A DNA stretch of 64,000 bases, taken from positions 2,175,517-2,239,516 of the forward strand of contig OY970165.1 in assembly GCA_963706605.1 (NCBI GenBank), in the 5' to 3' direction. The notes below the pieces were generated by a model. The model was not told the origin of the DNA, did no database searches, and worked only from the letters and a program-made list of their open reading frames with translations. Below, in pieces: positions 21,880 through 31,216 of the stretch. The stretch is from an uncultured Solirubrobacterales bacterium (GTDB lineage Bacteria; Actinomycetota; Thermoleophilia; Solirubrobacterales; 70-9). A program made the translations under genes and the position numbers. The stretch's first letter is position 1, and each line of letters opens with the position of its first letter.

Positions 21880-22827
21880 ATGGCAATCGCCGTCGAGCCA
21901 CGACCGGCCACCGATGCCCGTTTCGAGGGCCTGGTCCTCGACTTCCTCTCCTACCTGGAGCTGGAGCGGGGTCTCTCTCGCAACACGCTCAATGCCTACC
22001 GCACCGATCTGCTCCAGTACGGCGGGTTCCTCGGCGAGCACGAAATCGACGCGCTGGCTGCGCGCCCGGCCGACATCGGCGACTTCCTCGCCGATCTGGC
22101 CACGGGCAACGGCCGGCCAGCCTGCTCGGCGGCGACCGTCCACCGCAAGACCGCCTGTTTGCGTTCCTTCTACAAACACCTGCGCCGCGACGAGCTGATC
22201 AGCGACGACCCGACCGCGGCGCTGAGCGCGCCACGACGTGCCAGGAAGCTGCCCCAGGTCCTCAACTACGCCGAGGTGCAGAATCTGCTCGCCGCGCCGC
22301 GCGGTGACGAGCCGACGACGCTGCGCGACAGAGCGCTGCTCGAGGTGATGTACGCGTGTGGATTGCGCGCCTCGGAGACGATCGGGCTCGAGCTCGCCGA
22401 CGTCGACCTGCGTGAGGGTCTGTTGCGGACGCGCGGAAAGGGGTCGAAGGAGCGGATAGTCCCGCTCGGCCGCAAAGCGATCGCCGCAATCTCCGTCTAT
22501 CTGCGCGGGGGCCGGCCGAAGCTGGTCGGCGAACGCCACGAGGCGAGGCTGTTCGTCAACTTCCGCGGCGGTCCGCTCAGTCGCCAGGGGCTCTACAAGA
22601 TCGTCCAGCGCCACGCTCGCAGCGCCGGACTGGCTGGGCAGATGAGCCCCCACACGCTGCGCCACAGCTTCGCCACCCATCTGCTGGCAGGAGGCTGCGA
22701 CCTGCGCGCCGTCCAGGAGATGCTCGGCCACGCCGACATCGCGACGACGCAGATGTACACGCACCTCTCGGGGGAGCGCCTCAAGGAGGTCTATTTCCAG
22801 GCGCACCCAAGGGCCGTCGCCGACTGA
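21880..22827 (+). CDS. xerD: Tyrosine recombinase XerD
   Basis: FLSYLELERGLSRNTLNAYRTDL, RDRALLEVMYACGLRASE, SPHTLRHSFATHLLAGGCDLRAVQEMLGHADIATTQMYTHL. Confidence 0.88.
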   Translation: MAIAVEPRPATDARFEGLVLDFLSYLELERGLSRNTLNAYRTDLLQYGGFLGEHEIDALAARPADIGDFLADLATGNGRPACSAATVHRKTACLRSFYKHLRRDELISDDPTAALSAPRRARKLPQVLNYAEVQNLLAAPRGDEPTTLRDRALLEVMYACGLRASETIGLELADVDLREGLLRTRGKGSKERIVPLGRKAIAAISVYLRGGRPKLVGERHEARLFVNFRGGPLSRQGLYKIVQRHARSAGLAGQMSPHTLRHSFATHLLAGGCDLRAVQEMLGHADIATTQMYTHLSGERLKEVYFQAHPRAVAD

Positions 22828-22833
22828 CCTCTG

Positions 22834-22876
22834 GCGTTCGCACCTATCCGACATATGGGCGGATAGGTGCGAACGC
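22834..22876. repeat. 43-bp palindromic element, copy 1 (17-bp stem, 9-nt centre)
   Basis: GCGTTCGCACCTATCCG-ACATATGGG-CGGATAGGTGCGAACGC. It starts 7 nt after the xerD stop. Confidence 0.85.
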
Positions 22877-22895
22877 GATCGGATAGAACTGAGGG

Positions 22896-23810
22896 ATGCC
22901 CGAGCTGCCCGAGGTCGAGACCGTCTGCCGCCAGCTCGAGCCGGAGCTGGAAGGGCGGCGGATCGAGCAGCTGGAGGTGCTCGACGCGCGCTGGTGCCGC
23001 CCACAGCCGCCGGCCGAGCTGGAGGCGGCGGTGTCGGGGAGGAAGATCGTGGGACTGGGTCGACGCGGCAAGTACCTGCTGCTCGGGCTGGATGGACGGC
23101 AGACGCTGGTCATGCACCTGCGGATGACCGGCAACCTGGTGCTTGAGGGCGAGGAGAAGCTCGATCCCTCCGAGGGGATGAGGCTGTACGAGGGTGAGCG
23201 TTCGACCTCGGAGCGCCACCTGCGCGCCCGTTTCCGGCTGGACGGCGGCCGCCAGGTCTGGTTCACCGATCCGCGCCGCTTCGGCGAGGCGTTCCTGCTT
23301 GACGATGTTGACCTCGAGGCGCGCTTCGAGCGGCTTGGGGTCGAGCCGCTTTCCGACGCGTTCACCGCGGAGGAGCTGGGCGAGGTCGCCGCGGGCCGCA
23401 CGGCGCCGCTCAAGTCGTTCCTGCTCGACCAGTCGAGGGTCGCCGGGGTCGGCAACATCTACGCCGACGAGGCGTTGTTCCGGGCGCGGTTGCACCCGCT
23501 CTCACCCGCCGGCTCGATGCGGCCCGAGCACCTTGAAGCCCTGCGCGACGGGGTCGTCGCCGCGTTGGAAGCCGGCATCGACGGCGGTGGCGCCTCGATT
23601 GACGACTACCGCGACGGACGCGGTGAGAAGGGCCGGATGCAGGACGAGTTCCTCGTTCACACGCGCGAGGGAGAGCCCTGCCCCCGCTGCGATGGCACGA
23701 TCGAGCGGATCGTCGTCTCCGGTCGCTCGACCTACTACTGTCCGGCCTGCCAGGTGCGGCTGCGCCGCCGCCCACGCCGTCGTCGCCGTCCGGCTCCGCG
23801 TTCAACGTAG
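22896..23810 (+). CDS. mutM: Formamidopyrimidine-DNA glycosylase
   Basis: MPELPEVETV N-terminus and a C-terminal zinc finger CPRCDGTIERIVVSGRSTYYCPAC. Confidence 0.92.
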   Translation: MPELPEVETVCRQLEPELEGRRIEQLEVLDARWCRPQPPAELEAAVSGRKIVGLGRRGKYLLLGLDGRQTLVMHLRMTGNLVLEGEEKLDPSEGMRLYEGERSTSERHLRARFRLDGGRQVWFTDPRRFGEAFLLDDVDLEARFERLGVEPLSDAFTAEELGEVAAGRTAPLKSFLLDQSRVAGVGNIYADEALFRARLHPLSPAGSMRPEHLEALRDGVVAALEAGIDGGGASIDDYRDGRGEKGRMQDEFLVHTREGEPCPRCDGTIERIVVSGRSTYYCPACQVRLRRRPRRRRRPAPRST

Positions 23811-23815
23811 AGGTC

Positions 23816-24541
23816 GTGGCCGGCAAAACGCTGAAGACGGAGGCGATCGTCCTGCGCAGCATCCGCTATGGCGAGGCGGACCGCATTCTCCATCTGTACT
23901 CGGCGGAACGGGGGCGGATCGGGGCGATCGCCAAGGGGGCGCGACGCCCCAAATCCCGCTTCGGCGGCCGTTTGGAGCCATTCTTCCGGCTCGATCTGCT
24001 GCTGCACGAAGGTCGCGGTGAGCTACTCACCGTAACCCAGGTCAACACGGTCGACGGCTATCCACGGTTGCGCTCCGCCGGCGCGGCGCTGACCGCGGGA
24101 GCCCGTGCCTGTGACGCGGTGTTGAGGCTGCTCGATTCGGCAGAGCCCAATCCTCCGGCCTACAACCTGCTCTGCCGCTACCTGTCGTTGCTCGACGACC
24201 CGGCGGCGACGCAGGCGACGGCGCTGCGGACGGCGCTCTCCTTTCGCCTCAAGCTGGCGCTGGCGGCCGGCTTCTCGCCCGAGCTCGCCTCCTGTACGCG
24301 CTGCGGGGAGGGGGAGCACCTGGTCGGCTTCTCGGGCGCGGCCGGGGGGATCGTCTGCGTGAGCTGCGAGGCGGGTTCTTTCCCGCTCTCCGAGGAAGCG
24401 CACCGCTTCATGGTCGACTCGATCGCCAGGCCGCTGTCCGAGGCGCCGGACGCCGGCGAGCGGGAGCTGCGCCAGGTCGAGCGGGCGGTCGGCGAGACGC
24501 TCGAGCACCACGCGCACGTGCAGCTGCGCTCCGCCGCGTAG
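23816..24541 (+). CDS. recO: DNA repair protein RecO
   Basis: EAIVLRSIRYGEADRILHLYSAERGRIGAIAKGARR and the CxxC..CxxC motif (CTRCGEGEHLVGFSGAAGGIVCVSC). Confidence 0.85.
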   Translation: MAGKTLKTEAIVLRSIRYGEADRILHLYSAERGRIGAIAKGARRPKSRFGGRLEPFFRLDLLLHEGRGELLTVTQVNTVDGYPRLRSAGAALTAGARACDAVLRLLDSAEPNPPAYNLLCRYLSLLDDPAATQATALRTALSFRLKLALAAGFSPELASCTRCGEGEHLVGFSGAAGGIVCVSCEAGSFPLSEEAHRFMVDSIARPLSEAPDAGERELRQVERAVGETLEHHAHVQLRSAA

Positions 24542-24564
24542 GATCGGAGGCCTTGGAGGCCACC

Positions 24565-25563
24565 ATGACTTTTGAGGATCGCGTACGAGCCTGGGAGGCC
24601 GAGTTCCTCTCCGATCTGGCAACGCCCTCCTATCCCGCCCGCCGTCGCGCCGAGGAGCCCGACAGCCCGCTTCGCACTCCCTTCCAACGGGACCGCGACC
24701 GGATCGTCCACTCGAAGGCGTTCCGTCGCCTCAAGCACAAGACGCAGGTCTTCATCGCTCCCGAAGGAGATCACTACCGCACCCGCCTGACCCACACGCT
24801 GGAGGCCTGCGGCATCGCCCGCACCGTGGCTCGCGCGCTCGGCCTCAACGAGGACCTGACGGAGGCGATCGGGCTTGGCCACGACCTCGGGCACCCGCCC
24901 TTCGGGCACACCGGCGAGGATGCGCTCGACGCAGCGCTGAGCGAGCGCTGCGGGCACGGGTTCAAGCACAACGTTCACTCGCTGCGCGTGGTCGACGTGC
25001 TGGAGCGGGACGGCCAGGGGTTGAACCTGACCGAGCAGGTCCGCGACGGGATCCTCAACCACACCGGCTCGGACAAGCCGGCGACCCTGGAGGGGCGGAT
25101 CGTCAAGCTGGTCGACCGCGTCGCCTACATCAACCACGACATCGACGACGCGCTGCGAGCGGGGATCCTGCGCCCTGACGATCTGCCCGCGGCCGAGATC
25201 GAGCTGCTCGGCCCGACCGGGTCGGCGCGTATCGACACGCTGGTGCGCGACATAGTCGAGCGCTCCGCCGCTGCCGGCGACATCGTGCAGAGCGACGAGG
25301 TGGGTGGGGCGATGCTGCGGTTGCGCAAGTTCATGTTCGACCGCGTCTACCTGGGGGAGACCGCACGCGCTGAGCACGAACGTGCGCAACGGGCCCTGAG
25401 CGGCCTCTTCAATCACTACATGGAGCACCCCGAGGAGGTGCCGGAGGGAGAGCCGGGGGCGAGCGACTGCCAGCGGGTCGCCGACTATCTGGCCGGAATG
25501 ACGGACCGCTACTGCATCGCCCGTTTTGCGGAGCTGACGATCCCCGAAGCGGCGCGGTTCTGA
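24565..25563 (+). CDS. dgt: dGTPase-like HD-domain triphosphohydrolase
   Basis: PFQRDRDRIVHSKAFRRLKHKTQVF, THTLEACGIAR, GLGHDLGHPPFGHTGE. ATG 24565 chosen inside ORF 24553..25563. Confidence 0.8.
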   Translation: MTFEDRVRAWEAEFLSDLATPSYPARRRAEEPDSPLRTPFQRDRDRIVHSKAFRRLKHKTQVFIAPEGDHYRTRLTHTLEACGIARTVARALGLNEDLTEAIGLGHDLGHPPFGHTGEDALDAALSERCGHGFKHNVHSLRVVDVLERDGQGLNLTEQVRDGILNHTGSDKPATLEGRIVKLVDRVAYINHDIDDALRAGILRPDDLPAAEIELLGPTGSARIDTLVRDIVERSAAAGDIVQSDEVGGAMLRLRKFMFDRVYLGETARAEHERAQRALSGLFNHYMEHPEEVPEGEPGASDCQRVADYLAGMTDRYCIARFAELTIPEAARF

Positions 25564-27344
25564 TGGCGCTGATCTCCGAGGAGAGCCTGGAGCGGGTCAA
25601 GCAGGCGGTGGACATCGTCGAGGTGGTCTCGGCCCACACCGACCTGCGCCGCCAGGGCGCCCGCTGGGTCGGTCTCTGCCCGTTCCACGAGGAGCGGACC
25701 CCGTCCTTCTCGGTCGACGCGGGAGAGAAGCTCTACCACTGCTTCGGCTGTGGGGTGGGCGGCGACACGATCAAGTTCGTCGAGGAGAAGGAGGGGCTCG
25801 GCTTCGCCGAGGCGGTGGAGCTGCTCGCCGACCGCTACGGGATCGAGCTGCAGCGTGAGCGCGAGGATCCGCGGGCGGAGGCAAAGCGACAGCAACGGCG
25901 GCGGCTGGGCGAGCTGCTCGACCGCACCGCGACCTTCTACGCGCAGTATCTCTGGGGCTCGGAGGAGGGGGGCAAGGCGCGCGGGTATTTGGCCGAGCGG
26001 GGGCTGGGCGAGGAGACGCTGCGGGCGTTCGCGGTCGGTTTCGCGCCGAGCGCCTGGGACACCGTGCTGCTGCGCGGGCAGCGGGCCGGCTTCAAGGTTG
26101 AGGAGCTGCGTGACGTGGGGCTGGCGCAACGAGGACGGAGCGGCGGCGAGTACGACCGCTTTCGCTCACGGATCATGTTCCCGATCCGCGACCGTCGCGG
26201 CCGCACGCTCGGCTTCGGCGGGCGCGCGATGCGCTCTGACCAGGGGGCGAAGTACGTCAACACGGCCGAGACCGACTTCTTTCACAAGAGCCGCATGCTG
26301 TACGGGATCGACCTCGCCAAGGAGGCGATCGCGAAGGTTGGCCGAGCGGTCGTGGTGGAGGGGTATACCGACGTATTGGCGCTGCACCAGGCCGGTGTCG
26401 GCGAGGCAGTGGGCGTGATGGGCACCGCGATCACCGAGGACCAGGTGGCGGCGCTCTCGGGAATGGTCGAGGAGGTGGTGTTGGCGCTCGACGCCGACTC
26501 GGCCGGACAGGAGGCGATGCTGCGGGCGCAGCGGGTCGCAGCGGGGCGGAAGGTTCGGCTGCTCGTCGCGGCGATGCCGGCCGGGGAGGACCCAGCCGAG
26601 ATGATGGCCGAGGAGGGAGGCGCCGAGCGTTTCCGGGCGTTGGTCGAGGGGGCGGTCGATCTGCCCGCCTTCCAGGTCGGGCTCGTGCTGGACGGAACCG
26701 ACGTCTCCTCGCCGGCAGAGCGCGACCGGGCGCTGAGCGAGGTGGCGCCGATCCTCGCCGGGATGGGGGAGACGGCGAGCCGTGACGACCTGGTGCGCCG
26801 AGTTGCCGGCAGGCTCGACCTCGAGCCGGCGCTGGTGATGGGCCGGCTGACCGCGGCGCGGGCGCCGAGCGGGGGCGGTGCGGAATCGCCCCGGCGAGAC
26901 GGCGCCCCGGCGCCGGTGACGCCACGGGGTGGTGGCGAGCTGACCTCGCGCGAACGCCGCGAGCGGGCTCTGTTGGCGATGTGCGTGGCGTTGCCGGACG
27001 AAGGCCGGAAGTACCTGGAGCGCCTCACCGACGAGCACCTCTCGCCGAGCGGCGCCCGTGTTGCGGGCTGGCTGCGCGAACACCCGGAGGACCCGGCGTC
27101 GAACCTCCCGCACGACGACGACCAGCTCGCCGGCCTGATCGCAGAGCTGGTCATCCTTGCCCACGACGAGCCCGCTTCGGCCGAGGCGATGGAGCTCAAC
27201 TTCCTCCTGCTCGAGCAGCGCCGTCTCGAGTCGCAGATTGCGGCAGCCGGCGAAGCAGACGACTACGAGCGCCGCGCGACCCTGAGCCGAGAGCGTGCCG
27301 CCCTGGTCGAGCGCATAGCCCGGACCGAGCACGTCGGTGGTTAG
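25563..27344 (+). CDS. dnaG: DNA primase
   Basis: Zinc-binding CPFHEERTPSFSVDAGEKLYHCFGCGVGGD and a Toprim region VVVEGYTDVLALHQAG...LALDADSAGQEA. Confidence 0.92.
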   Translation: MALISEESLERVKQAVDIVEVVSAHTDLRRQGARWVGLCPFHEERTPSFSVDAGEKLYHCFGCGVGGDTIKFVEEKEGLGFAEAVELLADRYGIELQREREDPRAEAKRQQRRRLGELLDRTATFYAQYLWGSEEGGKARGYLAERGLGEETLRAFAVGFAPSAWDTVLLRGQRAGFKVEELRDVGLAQRGRSGGEYDRFRSRIMFPIRDRRGRTLGFGGRAMRSDQGAKYVNTAETDFFHKSRMLYGIDLAKEAIAKVGRAVVVEGYTDVLALHQAGVGEAVGVMGTAITEDQVAALSGMVEEVVLALDADSAGQEAMLRAQRVAAGRKVRLLVAAMPAGEDPAEMMAEEGGAERFRALVEGAVDLPAFQVGLVLDGTDVSSPAERDRALSEVAPILAGMGETASRDDLVRRVAGRLDLEPALVMGRLTAARAPSGGGAESPRRDGAPAPVTPRGGGELTSRERRERALLAMCVALPDEGRKYLERLTDEHLSPSGARVAGWLREHPEDPASNLPHDDDQLAGLIAELVILAHDEPASAEAMELNFLLLEQRRLESQIAAAGEADDYERRATLSRERAALVERIARTEHVGG

Positions 27345-27447
27345 TAGTAGGCAATGAGCCTCAAAAGTCTCGCCGAGGCGACGTCGCCCATGCCTCGATA
27401 GCGAACAGATGTTCGTATCTGTCTGACTCAATCGGCAGAATTCCTGC

Positions 27448-27969
27448 ATGGACAAGCGGTTTCTGGAAGATTGCCTAGCGAAAGGGATGTCGCTTGAGGC
27501 GATCGGCGAGCATGCTAGGAAGCATCCCGCGACGGTGAGCTATTGGCTGAAGAAATACGGCCTTGTCGCCGTCAAGCTGCGTGGCTCGCGCCGACGCCGG
27601 GGTGACGGCGCCAGGACGGCGACTTTCGAATGTCGGCGACACGGTGCCGCCGAGTTCGTCCTCGAGGGACGCGGTTACTACAGATGCAAGCGTTGCCGGT
27701 CCGCCGCCGTTGCAAAACGCCGGCGGACCGTGAAGAGGAAGCTGGTGGACGAAGCCGGAGGCGCCTGCCTTCTCTGCGGATACCACCGCTGGATCGGGGC
27801 GTTGCAGTTCCACCATCTCGATCCCAGCCGCAAGGAGTTCCACCTTGGTCAACGCGGCTATTCGCGATCCTTGGCCCGAAGTCGTGTTGAGGTCAGCAAA
27901 TGCGTCCTACTCTGCGCCAACTGCCATGCCGAGGTCGAGGGCGGGTTCGCTACTCTGCCGGAGGATTAG
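27448..27969 (+). CDS. HNH endonuclease with N-terminal HTH and zinc-ribbon
   Basis: MSLEAIGEHARKHPATVSYWLKKYGL (HTH), CRRHG...YYRCKRC, and CLLCGYHRWIGALQFHHLDPSRKEF...CVLLCANCHAEVE (HNH). Confidence 0.75.
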   Translation: MDKRFLEDCLAKGMSLEAIGEHARKHPATVSYWLKKYGLVAVKLRGSRRRRGDGARTATFECRRHGAAEFVLEGRGYYRCKRCRSAAVAKRRRTVKRKLVDEAGGACLLCGYHRWIGALQFHHLDPSRKEFHLGQRGYSRSLARSRVEVSKCVLLCANCHAEVEGGFATLPED

Positions 27970-28024
27970 CGCACTCTTCCGATGAGTTGTCGGGTGGGTT
28001 GATTGCCTAATCCACTTCGATTAT

Positions 28025-28098
28025 TCCGGGGTAGCTCAATTGGTAGCAGCGCTCGGCTGTTAACCGAGAGGTTGTGGGTTCGAGTCCCACCCCCGGAG
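28025..28098 (+). tRNA. tRNA-Asn (GTT)
   Basis: Cloverleaf read by eye: acceptor TCCGGGG/CCCCGGA, anticodon loop CTGTTAA, T-loop GGTTCGAGTCC. CCA is not encoded. Confidence 0.9.
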
Positions 28099-28103
28099 CT
28101 TTC

Positions 28104-29348
28104 TCAGGAATGAGAGCGGGTGCGCGCTAGTTTCTCGACCAGTTGCGCACCCCTCTCAGCGCCGTCGTGGCCTCGCGACCAGGCGGCCAGCTCGGCGGCA
28201 CGGGCGGCGAAGGATGGGTCGGCGAGGATGCGGCGGGCGGCCCAGCGCAGGGGGGAGGGGTGGCAGAGGCGCCAGGGCAATGAGAGGCCGACCTTTGCCC
28301 AGTTGACGCGCATCGCGGTCTCACTCATGTCGCCGATGATCGGGCTGATCAGCACCGGCGTACCCGCGCCGAGCGCTCGGGCGACGGTGCCGTGACCGCC
28401 GTGTGAGATCACCAGCGAGGCCGCCGGCATCACCTGGCTGTAGCTGAGCCAGTCGACGAGGATCGCGTTGTCCGGAACCTCGATCGGGCTCTGCGGCACG
28501 ACTCGGTTGGTCGTCGCCACCACCCGCACCGGCTCCTCTGCAAACGCCCTCAGCGCCGTGCGCACCAGGTGGTTGCCCGAATCGTGCGCGGTGCTCGGTG
28601 CGACCAGGACAAGTGGGTCCTCGCCGGCCGGCAGCTCGATCTCCGGGTGAGGGATTTCGAAGGTCATCGGCCCGGTCACCTCGACCCCCGCCGGCCAGCG
28701 GCGCGGGTACTCGAGTTGCGGGAAGGTTCCGACCAGCGCCAGGTCAGAGCTGATCCCGCCGTGGAAGCGCTCCGTGGGGGGCAGTCCCAACCGCGCCCGT
28801 TGCCGGTTGAGGTCGGCGCGGCCCTGCTCGAGGCCGACGTTCAGCGCTCGCTGTCCCGATCGCCAGACGGCTCGTCCGAGCGGCGTGCGCGGTGGCTGCA
28901 GGCCAATGGCGAAGAAAGGAAGGCCGGGCTCGACCGCCGGATAGATGTGGGGGATGAGGGTCGCCAGCGGCACCCCCGCCGCCTCGGCTGCGAGCGCCGG
29001 CGCCAGCGTGAGGATGTCGCTGACCACGGCATGGGGTTGCATCTCCTCCAGTAGCGGCAGCAGCGCCCGTGCCGCCTCGGCCGCGTGGGCGCCCTCCGCG
29101 GAGTCGGGGTCGGGCGGCGGGAACATCCTGTATTCCTCGGCCGCGGCAAAGCCCAGCCCCGCTCCCTCCACCGCGGCCCGCCGCTCCTCCCAGGTCTCGA
29201 TCGTCACCGCGTGGCCGCGTCCAGCCAGCGCCCGCCCCAAGGCGATCGCCGGGAAAACATGGCCTGGATCGCCGAATGCGGCGACCAGGAACCGACTAGG
29301 GGGTATCGAGTCCCTCGCTTGGTCGGTTGAAGACAATCTCGGGAACAT
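28104..29348 (-). CDS. Family-1 (MGT/UDP-glycosyltransferase-like) glycosyltransferase
   Basis: RFLVAAFGDPGHVFPAIALGRALAGRGH N-terminus and the C-terminal nucleotide-sugar motif ISHGGHGTVARALGAGTPVLISPIIGDM. The start overlaps the upstream SDR gene by ~50 nt, so the start is uncertain. Confidence 0.72.
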   Translation of the reverse strand: MFPRLSSTDQARDSIPPSRFLVAAFGDPGHVFPAIALGRALAGRGHAVTIETWEERRAAVEGAGLGFAAAEEYRMFPPPDPDSAEGAHAAEAARALLPLLEEMQPHAVVSDILTLAPALAAEAAGVPLATLIPHIYPAVEPGLPFFAIGLQPPRTPLGRAVWRSGQRALNVGLEQGRADLNRQRARLGLPPTERFHGGISSDLALVGTFPQLEYPRRWPAGVEVTGPMTFEIPHPEIELPAGEDPLVLVAPSTAHDSGNHLVRTALRAFAEEPVRVVATTNRVVPQSPIEVPDNAILVDWLSYSQVMPAASLVISHGGHGTVARALGAGTPVLISPIIGDMSETAMRVNWAKVGLSLPWRLCHPSPLRWAARRILADPSFAARAAELAAWSRGHDGAERGAQLVEKLARTRSHS

Positions 29349-30063
29349 GGCAGTTGGGGGAGGTGTGGAGCAGGAAACGGACCGCCTCGCCGATGTCCTC
29401 CGGCCGGATCATCTCCTCACCGGGGACCTGGCTCTTGGCGAACTCGGTCATCGGAGTGTCGACGAAGCCCGGCGCCAGCGCCGTGCACTGGATGCCGGCG
29501 CCGCCGACCTCGCGGTGCGTCGACTGGGTGAAGTTGATCACCGCGCCCTTGGTCGCGGCGTAGACGGAGAGCCATGCCTGCCCGCCTTTTCCGGCAATCG
29601 AGGCGGTGTTGACGATCAGCGCCTTGCCATGCTCGGCGCCGGCCTCGCGCAGCATCGGCAGGCCCTCGCGGGTGCCGATGATCAGCGCCCGCAGGTTGAC
29701 CGCGAGCTGCATGTCGAGGAATTTGGTCTGGATCTCCTCCATCGGGGCGCCGATGCCAACCCCGGCGTTGTTGACCAGCACGTCGAGGCGCCCGTAGGTC
29801 TCGCGGTGCTTGGCAAATACGCCGACCACGTCCTCCTCGTCGGTCATGTTGGCGGCGACGCTCTGGACGGCCGGGGCGGTGGCACGCAGATCCTCCGCCG
29901 CGCCCTCCAGCTTCTCCGCTCGCCGTGCCGAGACGGTCAGCGCAAATCCCTCTTCGCCAAGCGTGCGGGCGATGGCCAGGCCGATCCCGCTCGAGGCCCC
30001 CGTGATCAGTGCTGCCCTATCCGCCAAGTCTCCCCCTTCGTGCTCGTCTTCGTCAGGGTTCAC
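29296..30063 (-). CDS. SDR-family oxidoreductase
   Basis: Trimmed to GTG 30063. AALITGASSGIGLAIARTL (TGxxxGxG), NNAG, and YAATKGAV (YxxxK). Confidence 0.78.
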   Translation of the reverse strand: MNPDEDEHEGGDLADRAALITGASSGIGLAIARTLGEEGFALTVSARRAEKLEGAAEDLRATAPAVQSVAANMTDEEDVVGVFAKHRETYGRLDVLVNNAGVGIGAPMEEIQTKFLDMQLAVNLRALIIGTREGLPMLREAGAEHGKALIVNTASIAGKGGQAWLSVYAATKGAVINFTQSTHREVGGAGIQCTALAPGFVDTPMTEFAKSQVPGEEMIRPEDIGEAVRFLLHTSPNCHVPEIVFNRPSEGLDTP

Positions 30064-30124
30064 CTTATATGTCGCCTGGGTGCGGCGTTTGCAGGACGGA
30101 TGCGCATGTCCGCAGCCGAATAAC

Positions 30125-31216
30125 ATGGCCGCGATGCCTCTGTGCAGAGCCACCAGCGCTTTCGTTTGCCTGCTCGCGGCCGCCGCCCTCGCGGCCGGTT
30201 GCGGCAGTTCCGACTCGTCCACCTCTTCGGGCACCGCTGCGAGCAAGCCGGCGCCGCCGAAGAGCGAGTTCCCGAAGGCGGAAGGCAGGACGCTGCGCGA
30301 AATCGTGAAAGCGGCTGACTCGCATTCCGAACTCGTCGTCTCGCCGGCCGCGCTCGCTTTCTACAAAGGGGTGAACCGCTTCCCGTTCGGGATCTTCCAC
30401 CCGGATCGCACCCAGGTCGACGGCGCCCAGGTGGCCCTCTACGTCGCCAGGGTTCCGCAGGCCACGCCGGCGGGCCGCAAAACCGCGAAGGACGAAGGGG
30501 GCGAAGAAAAGAAGGGTGCCGCCGCGAGGGCACGCACCGAAGCGCTCGAAGCGCCGGCGACGGGACCGTATCGGGCGGCGATCGAAAGCCTTGCCACTGA
30601 GCCCGCCTTCCGCGCCCAGACTACGAGCAGCGACCCCAATGCCGCCACGCTCGTCTATACGACTGACGTCAACTTTCCCAGCGATGGCGAGTGGCGTGTC
30701 GCGGCCCTGATCAAGCAGGGCGATGAAATCGCCGCGTCGCTGCTGCCGAGCGCCACCGTCGGCGAATACAAGGGTGTGCCGCAGGTCGGGCAGAAGGCGC
30801 CGCTGATCCACACTCCGACTCCTTCTGACGTTGGCGGGGACCTCTCCAAAATCACCACCCGCATCCCGCCGGACACTCAGAACCGGGTCGACTACGCGGA
30901 CGTTCTGGGCAAGGAACCGATCTTCCTCTTGTTTGCGACCCCCCAGTTCTGCCAGAGTCGGGTATGCGGCCCGGTCGTCGATGTGGCCGAGCAGGTCAAG
31001 GAGCAATACGGCGACAAGGCTGCGTTCATCCATATGGAGATCTACAAGGACAACGATCCGAGCAAGGGCGTTCGGCCGCAGGTGAAGGCGTTCCACCTGC
31101 CGAGCGAGCCATGGCTCTTCGCGATCGACCGTCAGGGAGTGATCCGGGCCGTGATCGAGGGGGCCTTTGGGGTCGAAGAACTGACCAGGGTCGTGAAAGA
31201 GGTGAGCGGGGAATGA
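30125..31216 (+). CDS. Lipoprotein with C-terminal thioredoxin-like/redoxin domain
   Basis: Trimmed to ATG 30125. Lipobox FVCLLAAAALAAGCGSS. C-terminal IFLLFATPQFCQSRVCGPVVDV...FIHMEIYKDN resembles TlpA/redoxin-type proteins. Confidence 0.6.
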   Translation: MAAMPLCRATSAFVCLLAAAALAAGCGSSDSSTSSGTAASKPAPPKSEFPKAEGRTLREIVKAADSHSELVVSPAALAFYKGVNRFPFGIFHPDRTQVDGAQVALYVARVPQATPAGRKTAKDEGGEEKKGAAARARTEALEAPATGPYRAAIESLATEPAFRAQTTSSDPNAATLVYTTDVNFPSDGEWRVAALIKQGDEIAASLLPSATVGEYKGVPQVGQKAPLIHTPTPSDVGGDLSKITTRIPPDTQNRVDYADVLGKEPIFLLFATPQFCQSRVCGPVVDVAEQVKEQYGDKAAFIHMEIYKDNDPSKGVRPQVKAFHLPSEPWLFAIDRQGVIRAVIEGAFGVEELTRVVKEVSGE

